A stretch of 64,000 bases of DNA, taken from an uncultured Gemmatimonadales bacterium. GTDB taxonomy: Bacteria; Gemmatimonadota; Gemmatimonadetes; Gemmatimonadales; GWC2-71-9. The translations under genes and the position numbers were made by a program. The notes below the pieces were generated by a model that made no database searches, was not told the DNA's origin, and was given only the letters and a program-made list of their open reading frames with translations. Where the stretch lies: NCBI GenBank assembly GCA_963798915.1, contig CAWCVB010000005.1, positions 281,291-345,290 on the forward strand, given 5' to 3'. Shown here in pieces: positions 41,360 through 52,550 of this stretch; the stretch's first letter is position 1, and every line of letters begins with the position of its first letter.

Positions 41360-43495
41360 ATGACTGCATCAACCAGTGTCCAGGCCGCCGAGCCGAGCAG
41401 GCGTCCTCGGGGCGCTCCAGCAGGTCCGTCCGCCGGGGCCTCTTCGATCCGGCGATCACGCGCGGCGCCATGATCGCCGCGTTCCGGAAGCTTGGGCCCG
41501 CGGCATCAGATCCGGAACCCCGTGATGTTCGTCGTCTGGGTGGGCAGCGTGCTCACCACCGTGCTCTGGGTTGCGGCCGCTCGCGGGCTGGCGCCCTGGA
41601 TGAGTCGGCAGGCTTCATCCTTGCCGTGGCCGCTCTGGCTCTGGTTCACGCTGCTCTTCGCCAACTTCGCCGAGGCGATGGCCGAGGGGCGCGGCAAGGC
41701 GCAGGCCGATGCGCTGCGGCGCACCCGCACGGAGACGATGGCAAAGAAGCTCGCCGACGCCGCCGACCGCGAGCGGCGGTCGACGAGGTCCCGCGCCGGA
41801 GCTCCGCAAGGGCGACTTCGTGCTGGTCGAGGCGGGCGACGTGATTCCGTCGACGGCGAAGTGGTCGAGGGGTCGCGTCGGTCGACGAGAGCGCCATCAC
41901 CGGTGAGAGCGCCCCCGTCATCCGCGAGAGCGGCGGCGACCGAGCTCGGTGACGGGCGGCACCCGCGTGCTCTCCGACTGGCTCGTCGTGCGCATCACGC
42001 GGACCCCGGCGAGACCTTCCTCGACCGGATGATCGCCATGGTGGAGGGGGCCGCGCGGAAGAAGACGCCCAACGAGATCGCGCTCGACATCCTGCTCGCG
42101 GCGCTCACGATCGTCTTCCTGCTCGCGTGCGTCACGCTGGTGCCGTTCTCGATCTTCAGCATCCAGGCCGCCGGCCGCGGCGAGCCGATCACGCTCACGG
42201 TTCTGGTGGCGCTGCTGGTCTGCCTGATCCCGACTACCATCGGCGCGCTGCTGTCGGCCATCGGCATCGCCGGCATGGACCGGATGATCCAGGCCAACGT
42301 CATCGCCATGTCGGGCCGGGCCGTCGAGGCCGCGGGCGACGTGGACGTGCTGCTGCTCGACAAGACCGGCACGATCACGCTCGGGCAACCGACAGGCCCG
42401 CGCGTTCCTCCCGGCGCCCGGCGTGACCGAGGCGGCTCGCCGACGCGGCGCAGCTCGCCTCCCTGGCCGATGAGACGCCCGAGGGCCGCAGCATCGTGGT
42501 GCTGGCGAAAAGAGTTCGACATGCGGGGCCGGAACGTCCACGAGCTGAAATGCGCACCTTCGTTCCCTTCACGGCGCAGACCCGGATGAGCGGTGTCGAT
42601 CTCGACGGCAGGCAGATCCGCAAGGGTGCGGCTGACGCGGTCGAGCGCTACGTGCAGGAGCAGGGCGGGCGCCTTCCCCGCGAGGTGCGCGGCGGCGGTG
42701 GACGACATCGCACGCGACGGGGGCACGCCGCTCGTCGTCGCCGAGGGCGACCGCGTGCTCGGGGTGGTCCACCTCAAGGACATCGTGAAGGGCGGCATCA
42801 GCGAGCGCTTCGCCGAGCTGCGCGCGATGGGGATCAAGACGGTGATGATCACCGGCGACAACCCGCTCACCGCCGCCGCGATCGCGGCCGAGGCGGGGGT
42901 GGATGACTTCCTGGCCGAGGCCACGCCCGAAGCCAAGCTCGAGCTGATCCGGAAGTACCAGGCGGCGGGCCAGCTGGTCGCCATGACCGGGGACGGCACC
43001 AACGACGCGCCGGCCCTCGCGCAGGCCGACGTCGCTGTGGCCATGAACTCCGGGACCCAGGCGGCCAAGGAAGCCAGCAACATGGTCGACCTCGACTCGA
43101 ACCCGACCAAGCTCATCGAGATCGTCGAGATCGGGAAGCAGCTCCTCATGACGCGCGGGGCGCTGACGACGTTCAGCATCGCGAACGACGTCGCCAAGTA
43201 CTTCGCGATCATCCCGGCGGCGTTCGTCGGCATCTATCCGGCGCTGGCGTGCTCAACATCATGCGCCTGGCAACACCCGCGAGCGCCATCCTGTCGGCGG
43301 TGATCTTCAACGCGCTGATCATCGTCGTACTGATCCCGCTGGCGCTGCGGGCGTCCGGTACCGGCCCGCAGGCCGCGGCGCGCGCTGCTGCGGCGACAAC
43401 CTGCTCATCTACGGCGTGGGCGGGCTGGTGGCACGCCGTTCATCGGCATCAAGCTCATCGACCTGATCCTCGTGGCCCTGGGGGTCGACATGGAA
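41360..43495 (+). CDS. kdpB: K+-transporting ATPase subunit B, multiple frameshifts, end approximate
   Basis: [48 protein letters not shown]. Confidence 0.93.
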
Positions 43496-43499
43496 GGCG

Positions 43500-44127
43500 C
43501 ACGGCCAGGGCGGGCCCAGGCTGCGAGCGGCCGTCCCTCGCTGCTGGCTCGTTGTTCACCGTGCTGACCGGAGTGGTGTATCCGCTGGCGATGACCGGTC
43601 TCGCGCAGTTGTTCTTCCCGCGACAGGCCAACGGCAGCCTGATCGTCCGGCACGGGGAGGTCGTCGGCTCAGCGCTCATCGGACAGTCTTTCGACGCCCC
43701 GGACTACTTCTGGAGCCGGCCCTCGGCCACGCGCCGGCTATCCGTACAACGCGCGCCGGCTCCCGGGGCTCGAACCTGGGACCGACTGAGCCCGGCTGAT
43801 CGATGCGGCGCGTGAAGCGAGCGCCAGGCCTCCGGGCCGCCGATCCGGAGACGCGCCCGGTGCCCGTCGACCTCGTGACCGCTCCGGGCAGCGGGCTCGA
43901 TCCGCATATCTCGCCGGCTGCCGCGCGCTACCAGGTGGGCCGGGTGGCCGAAGACCCGCGGTCTCGATCCGGCCGCCGTTGAGGCGCTGGTGACGCGCGC
44001 CACTGAAGGACGGGCGTTCGGCGTGCTCGGCGAGACACGGGTCAATGTTCTGCTGCTCAACCTGGCGCTGGACTCCCCTCGGTCAGTCCGCCGCCCCTCC
44101 GGCGCGCGGAAGGCGGTCGCCGGATGA
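43500..44127 (+). CDS. kdpC: K+-transporting ATPase subunit C, frameshifted, ends approximate
   Basis: [47 protein letters not shown]. Confidence 0.88.
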
Positions 44128-46831
44128 CGGGGAGACCGGCCGGACCCAGACGCGCTGCTCGCCCAGGTGCAGCGACGACCGGGGACCGGCGCGTCCGTGG
44201 CCGCCTGAAGGTCTTCTTCGGCGCGACCGCCGGCGTCGGGAAGACATACGCCATGCTGGAGGAGGCGCGGCGCCGCCGGCGTGAGGGCGTGGACGTCGTG
44301 GTAGGTGTTGTGGAAACCCACGGTCGGCGCGAAACGGAGGCGCTGCTGGATGGGCTCGAAGTCCTGCCACGGCGCATGCTCGAGCACCGGGGTGTCCGCT
44401 CTGGCGAGTTCGATCTCGACGGCGCGCTCGCCCGCGCGGCCGGGGCTCGCTCCTGGTCGACGAGCTCGCGCACACCAACGCGCCCGGGCTCGCGGCACGC
44501 AAAGCGGTGGCAGGATGTCGAGGAGCTGCTCGGGGCCGGGATCGACGTCTACAGCACGGTGAACGTCCAGCACGTTGAGAGCCTCAACGACGTGGTGGCC
44601 CGCATCACGATGTCCAGGTACGCGAAACGGTGCCCGACGCGGTGCTCGAACAGGCCGACGAAATCGAGCTGATCGACTTGCCACCCGAGGAACTGCTGCA
44701 GCGGCTGTCCGAGGGCAAGGTCTACATCCCGCACCAGGCGCAGCGGGCCACGGAACAACTTCTTCCGCAAGGGCAATCTCATCGCGCTGCGGCAGCTCGC
44801 GCTCCGCAAGGCCGCCGAGCGCGTCGACGACGCAGATGCAGACCTACCGCCGCGCGCTAGGCGTGGCAGAGATCTGGCCGGTGACGGAGCGGATCCTGGT
44901 GCGCGGTGGGACCGACGCCGGTGCGGCCACGGCTGGTGCGCGCCGCCAAGCGAATGGCGAACCGGCTTGGTGCCGAGTGGACGGCGCTGTTCATCGAGAC
45001 ACCCGACGCCACGCCATTGGGCGGACGCTAGACCGGGCGCGCGTCTGGGAGACGCTGCGCCTCGCGGACTCCCTTGGCGCCAACACCGTGACGATCACGG
45101 GTTCGGATGCCGGCCGGGAGGCTACTCAACTACGCTCGGACCCACAACGTCGGACGCAGTCGTCGTCGGCAAGCCAAGCCGGTCGCGCTGGCGCGAGCTG
45201 CTGTTCGGATCAAAGATCGACGGCGTCATCCGCCACAGTGGCGACATCGATGTCTACATCATCGCCGGCGCGCCGGAGGCGGTGCCGGCGCGCGGGTTGC
45301 GGCCGGTGGTGCCGGTCGAGCGGGCGCCGTGGACCGTCTACGCCCGTGTGGCCGTCATCGTGGCCGTGCTGACGGTGGTGGCGGTGATGATGCGGGAGTT
45401 CTTCTCGCCGGTGAATCTGGTCATGGTGTACCTCGTGGGCGTGCTCGTCATCGCCATGCGGTTCGGACGCGGGCCCTCGGTGCTCGCCGCGGTGCTGAGC
45501 GTTGCCGCGTTCGACTGGTTCACGGTTCCGCCCTACTATACGTTCGCCGTCACCGACACCAGTATCTCCTCACGTTCGTGGTCATGCTGGGCGTCGCGCT
45601 CGCGATCAGCGGGCTCGCCGTGCGGTTGCGCGAGCAGGTGCTGCGGTCACGCGCGAGGGAGCATCGCACGGCCGCCCTGTACGAAATGAGCCGGGAGCTG
45701 ATCGAGACGGCCGACCTCGACGAGGTCCTTGTGGCTGGAACGCGGCAGCTCAGGACTGTCTTTGGTCTTCGCCCCGTCATTCTGCTTCCCGGCGAGGAGA
45801 AGCGGCTGGTGCCATGGCCGGGGACGGCGGAGGAGCCCGCGCCCGTAGTGGGTCCACAGGAGCTCGGCGTTGCCCAGTGGGTGTACGACCATGGGGAGCG
45901 CGCGGGCGCTGGCACCGACACCCTGCCATCGGCGAATGGGCTCTACCTCCCGCTGTCGGCACCCGCCGGCACGGTGGGCGTGTTCGGGGCGCTGGACATT
46001 GATGCGGCGCGCTTTCGCGATCCGGAGCAGCTGCACCTGCTCGAGACCTTTCTCCATCGTGTGGCCGCGGGCGTCGAGCGGAGCCGACTGGCTGACGAGA
46101 CTCGGCGCGTTCGCGAACTCCAGGAGCTGGACCGGCTGAAGAGCGAGTTCGTGGCGACGGCGTCGCATGAGCTCAAGGCACCGCTCGCCAGCCTTGCGCT
46201 TACGGTCGGCCGCCTCCGGAGCGCGTCGCCCGGAGTCGGCAGCGAATGGATGGCGCAGCTTGACGCGGCCGAGGAGCAGGTCGTGCGACTGCGTCGGCTG
46301 GCTGACGATCTGCTCGACCTGGCTCGGCTCGAGGCCGGCCGCGTCGAGCTGCACATCCTGGCGGTCGATGCCGGGGCGCTCGTCCGTGAGCAGGTCGACC
46401 TGCTGCAACAAGTGGCGGCGGAGCGGGGCGTACGGCTCGGGCTCGATGTGCCGGACGGCCTCCCGGCGGTCGCTGCGGACCGTAACCGCCTCGGCCGAGT
46501 CATCGACAACCTGGTGCTGAACGCGCTTCGGCAGGTCGGGGTCGGAGGGCGCGTACTCGTGTCGGTGGACGCGTTCGGCCGCTTCGTGCAGGTTTCCGTC
46601 GCGGATGACGGGCCGGGAATCTCGATCGAGGATCAGGCGCGCATCTTCGACCGGTTCGTCCGACTCGGGCAGGCGGGGCCCGACGGCAGTGGCCTTGGCC
46701 TGCCGATCGCACGCGAGATCGTCCGGGCACACGGCGGCGCGATCTGGGTGGACTCCGGCCTGGGCCCGGGTAGCGTCTTCAGCTTCACAGTGCCGGTCGC
46801 GGCCGGCGACGGAAAGGATGCGGCGGAATGA
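44124..46831 (+). CDS. kdpD: Full-length sensor kinase KdpD, multiple frameshifts
   Basis: GRLKVFFGATAGVGKTYAML, KRWQDVEELL, STVNVQHVESLND, USP, TM block, GAF, ASHELKAPL, DDGPG, GSGLGL. Confidence 0.92.
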
Positions 46832-47292
46832 GCAGGCCGGGGATACGACTGGCGGATTACTTCGATCTGGAGAACGTGCGACTCGATCTGGCCGCGACCA
46901 CGAAGCCGGAGGCTATCCGCGAGCTGCTGGCGAGCTTCGGGCTGCCACCCGAGAGCGAGGCTGCCACGCTCCGAACCATTCTGCGGCGGGAAGAGATGGG
47001 AAGCACCGGTATCGGCCGTGGAATTGCGGTGCCGCATGGGCGCACGCCTCTGGTCTCGACACTGCGGGTGGCGTTCGGGCGCTCGGTGGGCGGCATTCCC
47101 TACGAATCTGTCGACGCAGCGCCGGTGCATTACCTGTTCCTGCTGCTTGCGCCGCCGGTCGAGGTGTCGAATGAGTACCTGCCGGTACTGGGGCGCATCG
47201 CCGAACTGGCGAAGGACCCGGCAACCGGCGGGGAGCTCGCGGCAGTGGAGTCGGTCGAGGATCTGCTGGCGCTCTTCCAGGAGGGAGACTGA
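46828..47292 (+). CDS. PTS EIIA (PtsN/EIIA-Ntr-like)
   Basis: RREEMGSTGIGRGIAVPHGR; overlaps kdpD stop. Confidence 0.9.
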   Translation: MSRPGIRLADYFDLENVRLDLAATTKPEAIRELLASFGLPPESEAATLRTILRREEMGSTGIGRGIAVPHGRTPLVSTLRVAFGRSVGGIPYESVDAAPVHYLFLLLAPPVEVSNEYLPVLGRIAELAKDPATGGELAAVESVEDLLALFQEGD

Positions 47293-47347
47293 TCGCTCCG
47301 GCCGGCACGTAGGCCTTGATCTCATGCATGATGCTGCGCTCCCAGGC

Positions 47348-48830
47348 TAGATGTCCACCTCTGCCGGCACGGGTTCCGCAAAGTGGCTCGGCCGGAGTTT
47401 GGCTCAATCTCTCTGTCCCCGCCAGGCGCAGCCGCCGCGCAAGCTCCCTCTCCTTCCAGAGCGAATAGATGGCCGGGATCACCACCAGGGTGAGCAGCGT
47501 TGCGCTCACCATGCCTCCCACCATCGGGTCTGCGATGCGTTTCATGACATCCGCCCCGGTCCCTTCGCTCCAGAGAATCGGCGGGAGGCCGCCGATCACC
47601 GCCGTGACGGTCATGATCAAGGGACGTACCCGGAGCATCGCACCCTCGGTGACTGCCTGGGCCAGGTCCCCGCGCTCCGGCACCCGGCCGCTGGCCCAGC
47701 GCGACCGCCACGGCTGATCCAGTTGGACCAGCATGATGACGCCGGTTTCGGCCGCCACTCCCGCCAGCGCGATGAACCCGATCGCGACTGCCACGCTCAG
47801 GTTGTAATGCGGCGGCCACATGAGCCACATCCCGCCCACCAGCGCAAAGGGAAGCGAGAGCATCACGATCGCACTTTCGGCCACGCTGCCGAAATTGAGA
47901 TAGAGCAGCAGCAAGATGATGCCGATGGTGACGGGAACCACGACCCTGAGCGTGCGGTTGGCGCGCTGCATCGCCTCGTATTGGCCCGACCATTCCAGCC
48001 GGTATCCGGGAGGGAGCGCCAGTCTGGCCCCGAGCAGCTCCTTGGCCTCCGCGACGTAGCTGCCCACGTCGCGGCCTGCACATCGACGTATACCACATTG
48101 TTGAGGTAGCCATTCTCCGACTTGATCAGCGTCGGCCCGCGCACGACCGCAAGGTGCGCCAGCGTGCCGAGCGCCACCTGGGCTCCTGACGGCGTTGCGA
48201 CGAGGGTGTTCGCGATGACGTCGGGACTGTCACGGAGGTCACGAGGATAGCGGACCAGTACCGAGTAACCTTCCCGCCCACCGCTGTGCTGGCGGCCATC
48301 AGCAGGTCGCCGACCGGCATTCCATTACGCGCGGCAGCGGTCCGGTCCACCTTCACATCCGCGAAGCGACCGCTCATAGTCCGGCGAATTCCGACTTGGT
48401 TCCCGGGACGCCGGGCAGCAACGCCTCGATGTGCTTTCCGATCTGCTCCAGGGTGCCGAGATCCGGGCCGAAAACCTTGATGCCGATCGGCGTCTTGATT
48501 CCGGTGGTCAGCATGTCGAGCCGGTTCTTGATCGGCATCGACCACATGTTGGCGACTCCCGGCGTCTTCACCGTTGCAGTGGCGTCGCTCACGATCGAGT
48601 CGTAGGCTACTCCGGGGCGCCATTCGCGCTTGTCCTTCAGGATGGCAATGGTCTCAAGCACGGACATCGGTGCCATGTCGGTCGTCGTCTCGGCGCGCCC
48701 GATCTTGCCCAGCTCCATCTTGACTTCCAGGATTCGGGCCAGGGCCGCGTCCCGCTGCTGCAGCACCGCCCGCTGGCCGGTTTCATCAACGTGGAGTCGC
48801 TCGACATAGCCGCTGAAGCGCGGGGTTGAC
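47348..48830 (-). pseudogene. cusA: cusA C-terminal remnant fused by deletion to a cusB fragment
   Basis: WSMPIKNRLDMLTTGIKTPIGIK, GFIALAGVAAETG, RVRPLIMT, GTGADVMKRIA. RFSGYVERL (CusB-like) is joined directly to mid-CusA. Confidence 0.85.
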
Positions 48831-49026
48831 CTGTACGCCGGCCACATCGCTGGAAGCCGACTCGACCTACGCCCTGCACATGGGAACTGGACTGATGACT
48901 GCCGCCGGTGATACTGTGAGCATACGTGCCGGTCTCGGGATAGGCGGGCAGTGGCTCATGGGGGGCATGATGTTCACGTGCATGACGAGTTTGGTCGCGG
49001 TTCGCGCGGCGGCGCTGGCGCCCTGA
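48826..49026 (+). pseudogene. Fragment of an Ig-like, Met-rich exported protein
   Basis: PATSLEADSTYALHMGTGL...GGQWLMGGMM; no start or signal peptide. Confidence 0.35.
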
Positions 49027-49563
49027 TGGGCGCTCGTCCGGGAGTCGCGGCGCTGGTTGTCAGCTTGGTGTTTCTCGCGGGTGGGTGCTCAGACCCGCGG
49101 CAAGGCGGGCCGAGGAATGCAGCTGGCGACGGCGCGCCCGATACCCCGCCACCCCGGGGTATGCGGGGTATGATGTCCGGCCGGATGCCGATGATGGGGG
49201 GTGCACCTGCCGATACCGCCGCCGCCCCACAGGCGAGCGTTGCTCCCGCGCCCGCGGCGGCGGGCTGTCCAGCGACAGCGCAGCCGCTCGTGGAGCAGGG
49301 TCGGCGGATCTTCAGCGGCACGGGCAACTGCTTCGCCTGCCACGGACCGAGTGCCGCCGGTACGGTGGCGGCCCCCGACCTGACTGATACGCAATGGCTC
49401 GACATTGATGGAACCTACGCCTTGATTGTCGGGCTGGTCCGCGCCGGTGCCCCGGCACCCGCAACAATATCCGGGTCTCATGCCGCCGACGGGTGGAGCG
49501 CCGTTGAGCAATGAGCAGGTCTGCGCCGTTGCGGCGTACGTGTATTCGCTTCATTCCAGGTGA
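49026..49563 (+). pseudogene. Monoheme c-type cytochrome lipoprotein, frameshifted near the C-terminus
   Basis: Lipobox AGGC; Met-rich linker; GRRIF...CFACHG...APDLTD; MPP..LSNEQV.AVAAYVYSL in another frame. Confidence 0.75.
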
Positions 49564-49749
49564 CGCCGGCCCGGCCCGCTCGGGGCCGCGGCGTCTCATG
49601 CAGGCAGCCACGCTGCCCGGCGTGTCTCTCCGGCCCAGACACTGTTGGTTGGATTCCTCAGCATCGTGTGTCTTTTGGCAAGCATTGTAGCGCCTTGACG
49701 ACCGCCGCCCTCGCGTGACCACACTGAAGCCGCATGGATACTGCATGTA

Positions 49750-50276
49750 TTTACCATGCCGTGGCGCTGTCCAGCCGGGGCCTTCGCTTGAGCCATCTTA
49801 CGCTCGCCTACAACACCCTCGAAGGAACGCTTGCTCTCGGCGCGGGCGTTCTTGCCGGCAGTGTCGCGCTCGTCGGTTTCGGGGCCGACAGTCTTATCGA
49901 GGTGACGGCGAGCGGAGCGGCTGACGCTCCGCATCGTCGGTGGCTGCTTCCTGGCGCTCGCCTTCTGCGTGGCCTGGGATGCGGTGGGCGCGCGGCTCAG
50001 GCGGGAGGCGCCGAGTGAATCCATTCTGGGCATTGTGATAGCCGCCCTCTTCGATCATCGTCGCCGTACACAGCAGCGCACTCGAGGCCGAAGTCGAATC
50101 AGACATCGCTCTGTGCCTTCCTGTCGGTGATCCTCCTCGGCGGCTTGATTCTGAATGCAGTGCTCGGGTGGTGGTGGGCGGACCCCGTCGCTGCGCTGGT
50201 CATGACGCCGATCATCGCCGGCGAGGGGGCTGAGGGACTGCGCGGTGAGTCGTCGTGCGGAGATCAGTGTCACTGA
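49750..50276 (+). pseudogene. Cation diffusion facilitator-like metal transporter remnant
   Basis: LAYNTLEG...AGSVALVGFGADSLIE, LGWWWADPVAAL, terminal CGDQCH; internal deletions. Confidence 0.78.
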
Positions 50277-50329
50277 GGAGATGACCCTCGAAGGGCAGGG
50301 CTTGTCGTGACGACGCAGGTACCGGGACG

Positions 50330-50365
50330 AAAAAACGGCCAGCTTCGCATTCAAGCTGGCCGTTT
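50330..50365 (-). terminator. Rho-independent terminator of the tRNA cluster
   Basis: aaacggccagctt-cgcattc-aagctggccgttt with an A-run on the + strand, just past tRNA-Pro. Confidence 0.8.
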
Positions 50366-50373
50366 GATATCCA

Positions 50374-50448
50374 TCGGGGCGCCCGGATTTGAACCGGGGA
50401 CCTCCTGCTCCCGAAGCAGGCGCGCTAACCGGGCTGCGCTACGCCCCG
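50374..50448 (-). tRNA. tRNA-Pro(CGG)
   Basis: CGGGGCG acceptor stem; CCTGC-TTCGGGA-GCAGG. Confidence 0.96.
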
Positions 50449-50488
50449 TGTGGGCTGAAAGCTCCAGTCGAAAAGCACTAGTTTCGCT

Positions 50489-50592
50489 CAGCCTTCAGCC
50501 TTCAGCCTCAGCCTTCAGCCTTCAGCCTTCAGCCTTCAGCCTTCAGCCTTCAGCCTTCAGCCTTCAGCCTTCAGCCTTCAGCCTTCAGCCTT
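50489..50592. repeat. (CAGCCTT)x15 heptamer tandem repeat
   Basis: 14 perfect units plus one 6-mer; inverted unit ggctgaa at ~50453. Confidence 0.95.
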
Positions 50593-50594
50593 CA

Positions 50595-50668
<74 letters not shown>

Positions 50669-50693
50669 TCGGCGGCGCAGAACACGCCAGCCA

Positions 50694-50767
50694 TGGGCGG
50701 TACAAGGCTCGAACTTGTGACCTCCACGATGTCAACGTGGCGCTCTAACCAACTGAGCTAACCGCCC
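50694..50767 (-). tRNA. tRNA-Val(GAC)
   Basis: CCACG-TTGACAT-CGTGG anticodon arm. Confidence 0.96.
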
Positions 50768-50771
50768 GAGG

Positions 50772-50886
50772 AGACGGACAGACGGCTAGACGGACGGACG
50801 GCTAGATGGAGAGTGGTCTGGTGACGGATGCCATTCCCTCACCGGAGGCCACCAACCGTCTAGCCGTCCAGCCGCCTAACCGTCTT
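50772..50886. repeat. Inverted pair of octamer arrays (GACGGCTA / TAGCCGTC)
   Basis: gacggacagacggctagacggacggacggcta ... ccgtctagccgtccagccgcctaaccgtct. Confidence 0.75.
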
Positions 50887-50893
50887 CCTGCCA

Positions 50894-50967
50894 TAGCGGG
50901 GGTGGGATTTGAACCCACGACCTCCGGGTTATGAGCCCGGCGAGCTACCAGACTGCTCCACCCCGCG
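50894..50967 (-). tRNA. Initiator tRNA-fMet(CAT)
   Basis: C1:U72 mismatch; GGG/CCC anticodon stem; CTCATAA loop. Confidence 0.96.
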
Positions 50968-51106
50968 ACGCGACCCGTAACTTCAGGTCCATTCCCCGTG
51001 GCGGCCTTGGCCGCCACTAATCATTGGGTCAGGGCTTAAGCCCTGCCGCCGAGACCTGCTCCACCCCGCGACGTTGTGACGCTTAGCGCTCAGCGCTGAG
51101 CGCTAG

Positions 51107-51179
51107 AGCGGGAAACGGGACTCGAACCCGCGACCCCAACCTTGGCAAGGTTGTGCTCTACCAACTGAGCTATTCCCGC
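51107..51179 (-). tRNA. tRNA-Gly(GCC)
   Basis: CAACC-TTGCCAA-GGTTG anticodon arm. Confidence 0.96.
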
Positions 51180-51283
51180 GAGCGGACGACAATGCTAGCC
51201 AGCCGGTTCACGCAACGCAACGCCAGCCCCGCACCCGTCCTGTCCCACGCTGCCGCTCCCACGCTGCCGCGCGTCCCACCAAA

Positions 51284-51356
51284 TGGAGGCGAGGGGGATC
51301 GAACCCCTGACCTCGTGAATGCCATTCACGCGCTCTCCCAACTGAGCTACGCCCCC
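51284..51356 (-). tRNA. tRNA-Ala(GGC)
   Basis: CGTGA-ATGGCAT-TCACG; G3:U70 pair. Confidence 0.96.
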
Positions 51357-51408
51357 GTTATATTGTCGCGCCCCGAAGTGGCCGGGGACGCAGGCGCGGC
51401 AGCACGGC

Positions 51409-51438
51409 AAGTTATCCGAATTCACCCGGCCGCGTCAA
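51409..51438 (-). promoter_or_regulatory. Sigma70 promoter of the tRNA cluster
   Basis: TTGACG - 18 bp - TAACTT on the minus strand. Confidence 0.55.
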
Positions 51439-51493
51439 GCGGCCACGGCCCGCGACGCCTCGCGGCCTCCGGTTTCCGCATTAGTTTGGATCA

Positions 51494-52510
51494 ATGACCA
51501 AGAAGCAGGCATCCGACAGCGGCGATCAGGCGCCCAAGCGGCCCACCAAGCGGCCGCCCGACGACTCCATTCCCGCGATCACCGACGACATGTCGATGGC
51601 CGAAATCCTGGCGGCCAGCCCGCCCGCCAAGGGCAGGCGCAGTCGCAAGCGCGAGACCGCCAAGTCGCTCGGCGTTTACGACGCCGACGGCGACATCCTG
51701 GATCAATACCTCTACGAGGTCAGCCTCACGCCGCTCCTGACGTCGGCCCAGGAGATTGCCATCGCGCGCAAGGTGCGCGCCGGCGATGAAGCCGCCATGC
51801 AGGAGCTGGTCAAGCGCAACCTGCGTTTCGTGATTTCGGTGGCCAAGAAATACCAGAACCGGGGTCTGGCGCTCACGGACCTGATTGGCGAAGGCAATGT
51901 GGGTCTCCTGACCGCTGCGCGGAAATTCGACCCCGACATGGGCGTCAAGTTCATCTCGTATGCCGTGTGGTGGATTCGCCAGGCCATCCTCGCCGCGCTG
52001 GCGCGCCATGGCCGCACCGTGCGGGTGCCACTCAACCGCACCGCGGACCTGTCGCGCATTGGCCGGACCTCGGAGGCCCTCCGCCAGGAACTCCGCCGCG
52101 AGCCCACGCCTGAGGAAATCGCGGCATCGACGGGCCTCGCCCTCGACGTGGTGCAGGCGCTCGCGGCATTGAATACGGCCGAGGTTCGGCTGGATGCGCC
52201 GCTCGATCCCGAGGGCGACCGCTCGCTGATCGATCGCTTCGTTGCCGAAGGACAAGGGGATGTCGAGGAACGGGCCATGGACCAGTTCCTGTCGGAGGAG
52301 ATCGAAACGGCGCTGCGGACGCTGCCGCCGCGTGATGCCAAGGTGCTGCGGCTGTACTTCGGGCTGGACGGCGACCGGGAGCACACGCTCGAGGAGATCG
52401 GCAGCATGCTCGGTGTCACGCGCGAGCGGGTGCGCCAGCTGCGCGACCGAGCCCTCAAGCGGCTGCGCGAGGGCGATGCCGGCCGGGCGCTGGCGAGTTT
52501 TGCGGCGTAG
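51494..52510 (+). CDS. RpoD/SigA-family sigma factor lacking region 1.1
   Basis: NLRFVISVAKKY, DLIGEGNVGL, KFISYAVWWIRQ, TLEEIG...TRERVRQ. Confidence 0.93.
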   Translation: MTKKQASDSGDQAPKRPTKRPPDDSIPAITDDMSMAEILAASPPAKGRRSRKRETAKSLGVYDADGDILDQYLYEVSLTPLLTSAQEIAIARKVRAGDEAAMQELVKRNLRFVISVAKKYQNRGLALTDLIGEGNVGLLTAARKFDPDMGVKFISYAVWWIRQAILAALARHGRTVRVPLNRTADLSRIGRTSEALRQELRREPTPEEIAASTGLALDVVQALAALNTAEVRLDAPLDPEGDRSLIDRFVAEGQGDVEERAMDQFLSEEIETALRTLPPRDAKVLRLYFGLDGDREHTLEEIGSMLGVTRERVRQLRDRALKRLREGDAGRALASFAA

Positions 52511-52550
52511 GGCGCTCGACGCCACGATATTTCCCCCCTAACTTCCTCCC

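Noticed and set aside
50489..50592. Tandem array as a possible CRISPR or as the SLQPSAF-repeat ORF 50307..50636
   Set aside because: 7-bp units with no spacers and no cas genes; the ORF overlaps tRNAs on the opposite strand.
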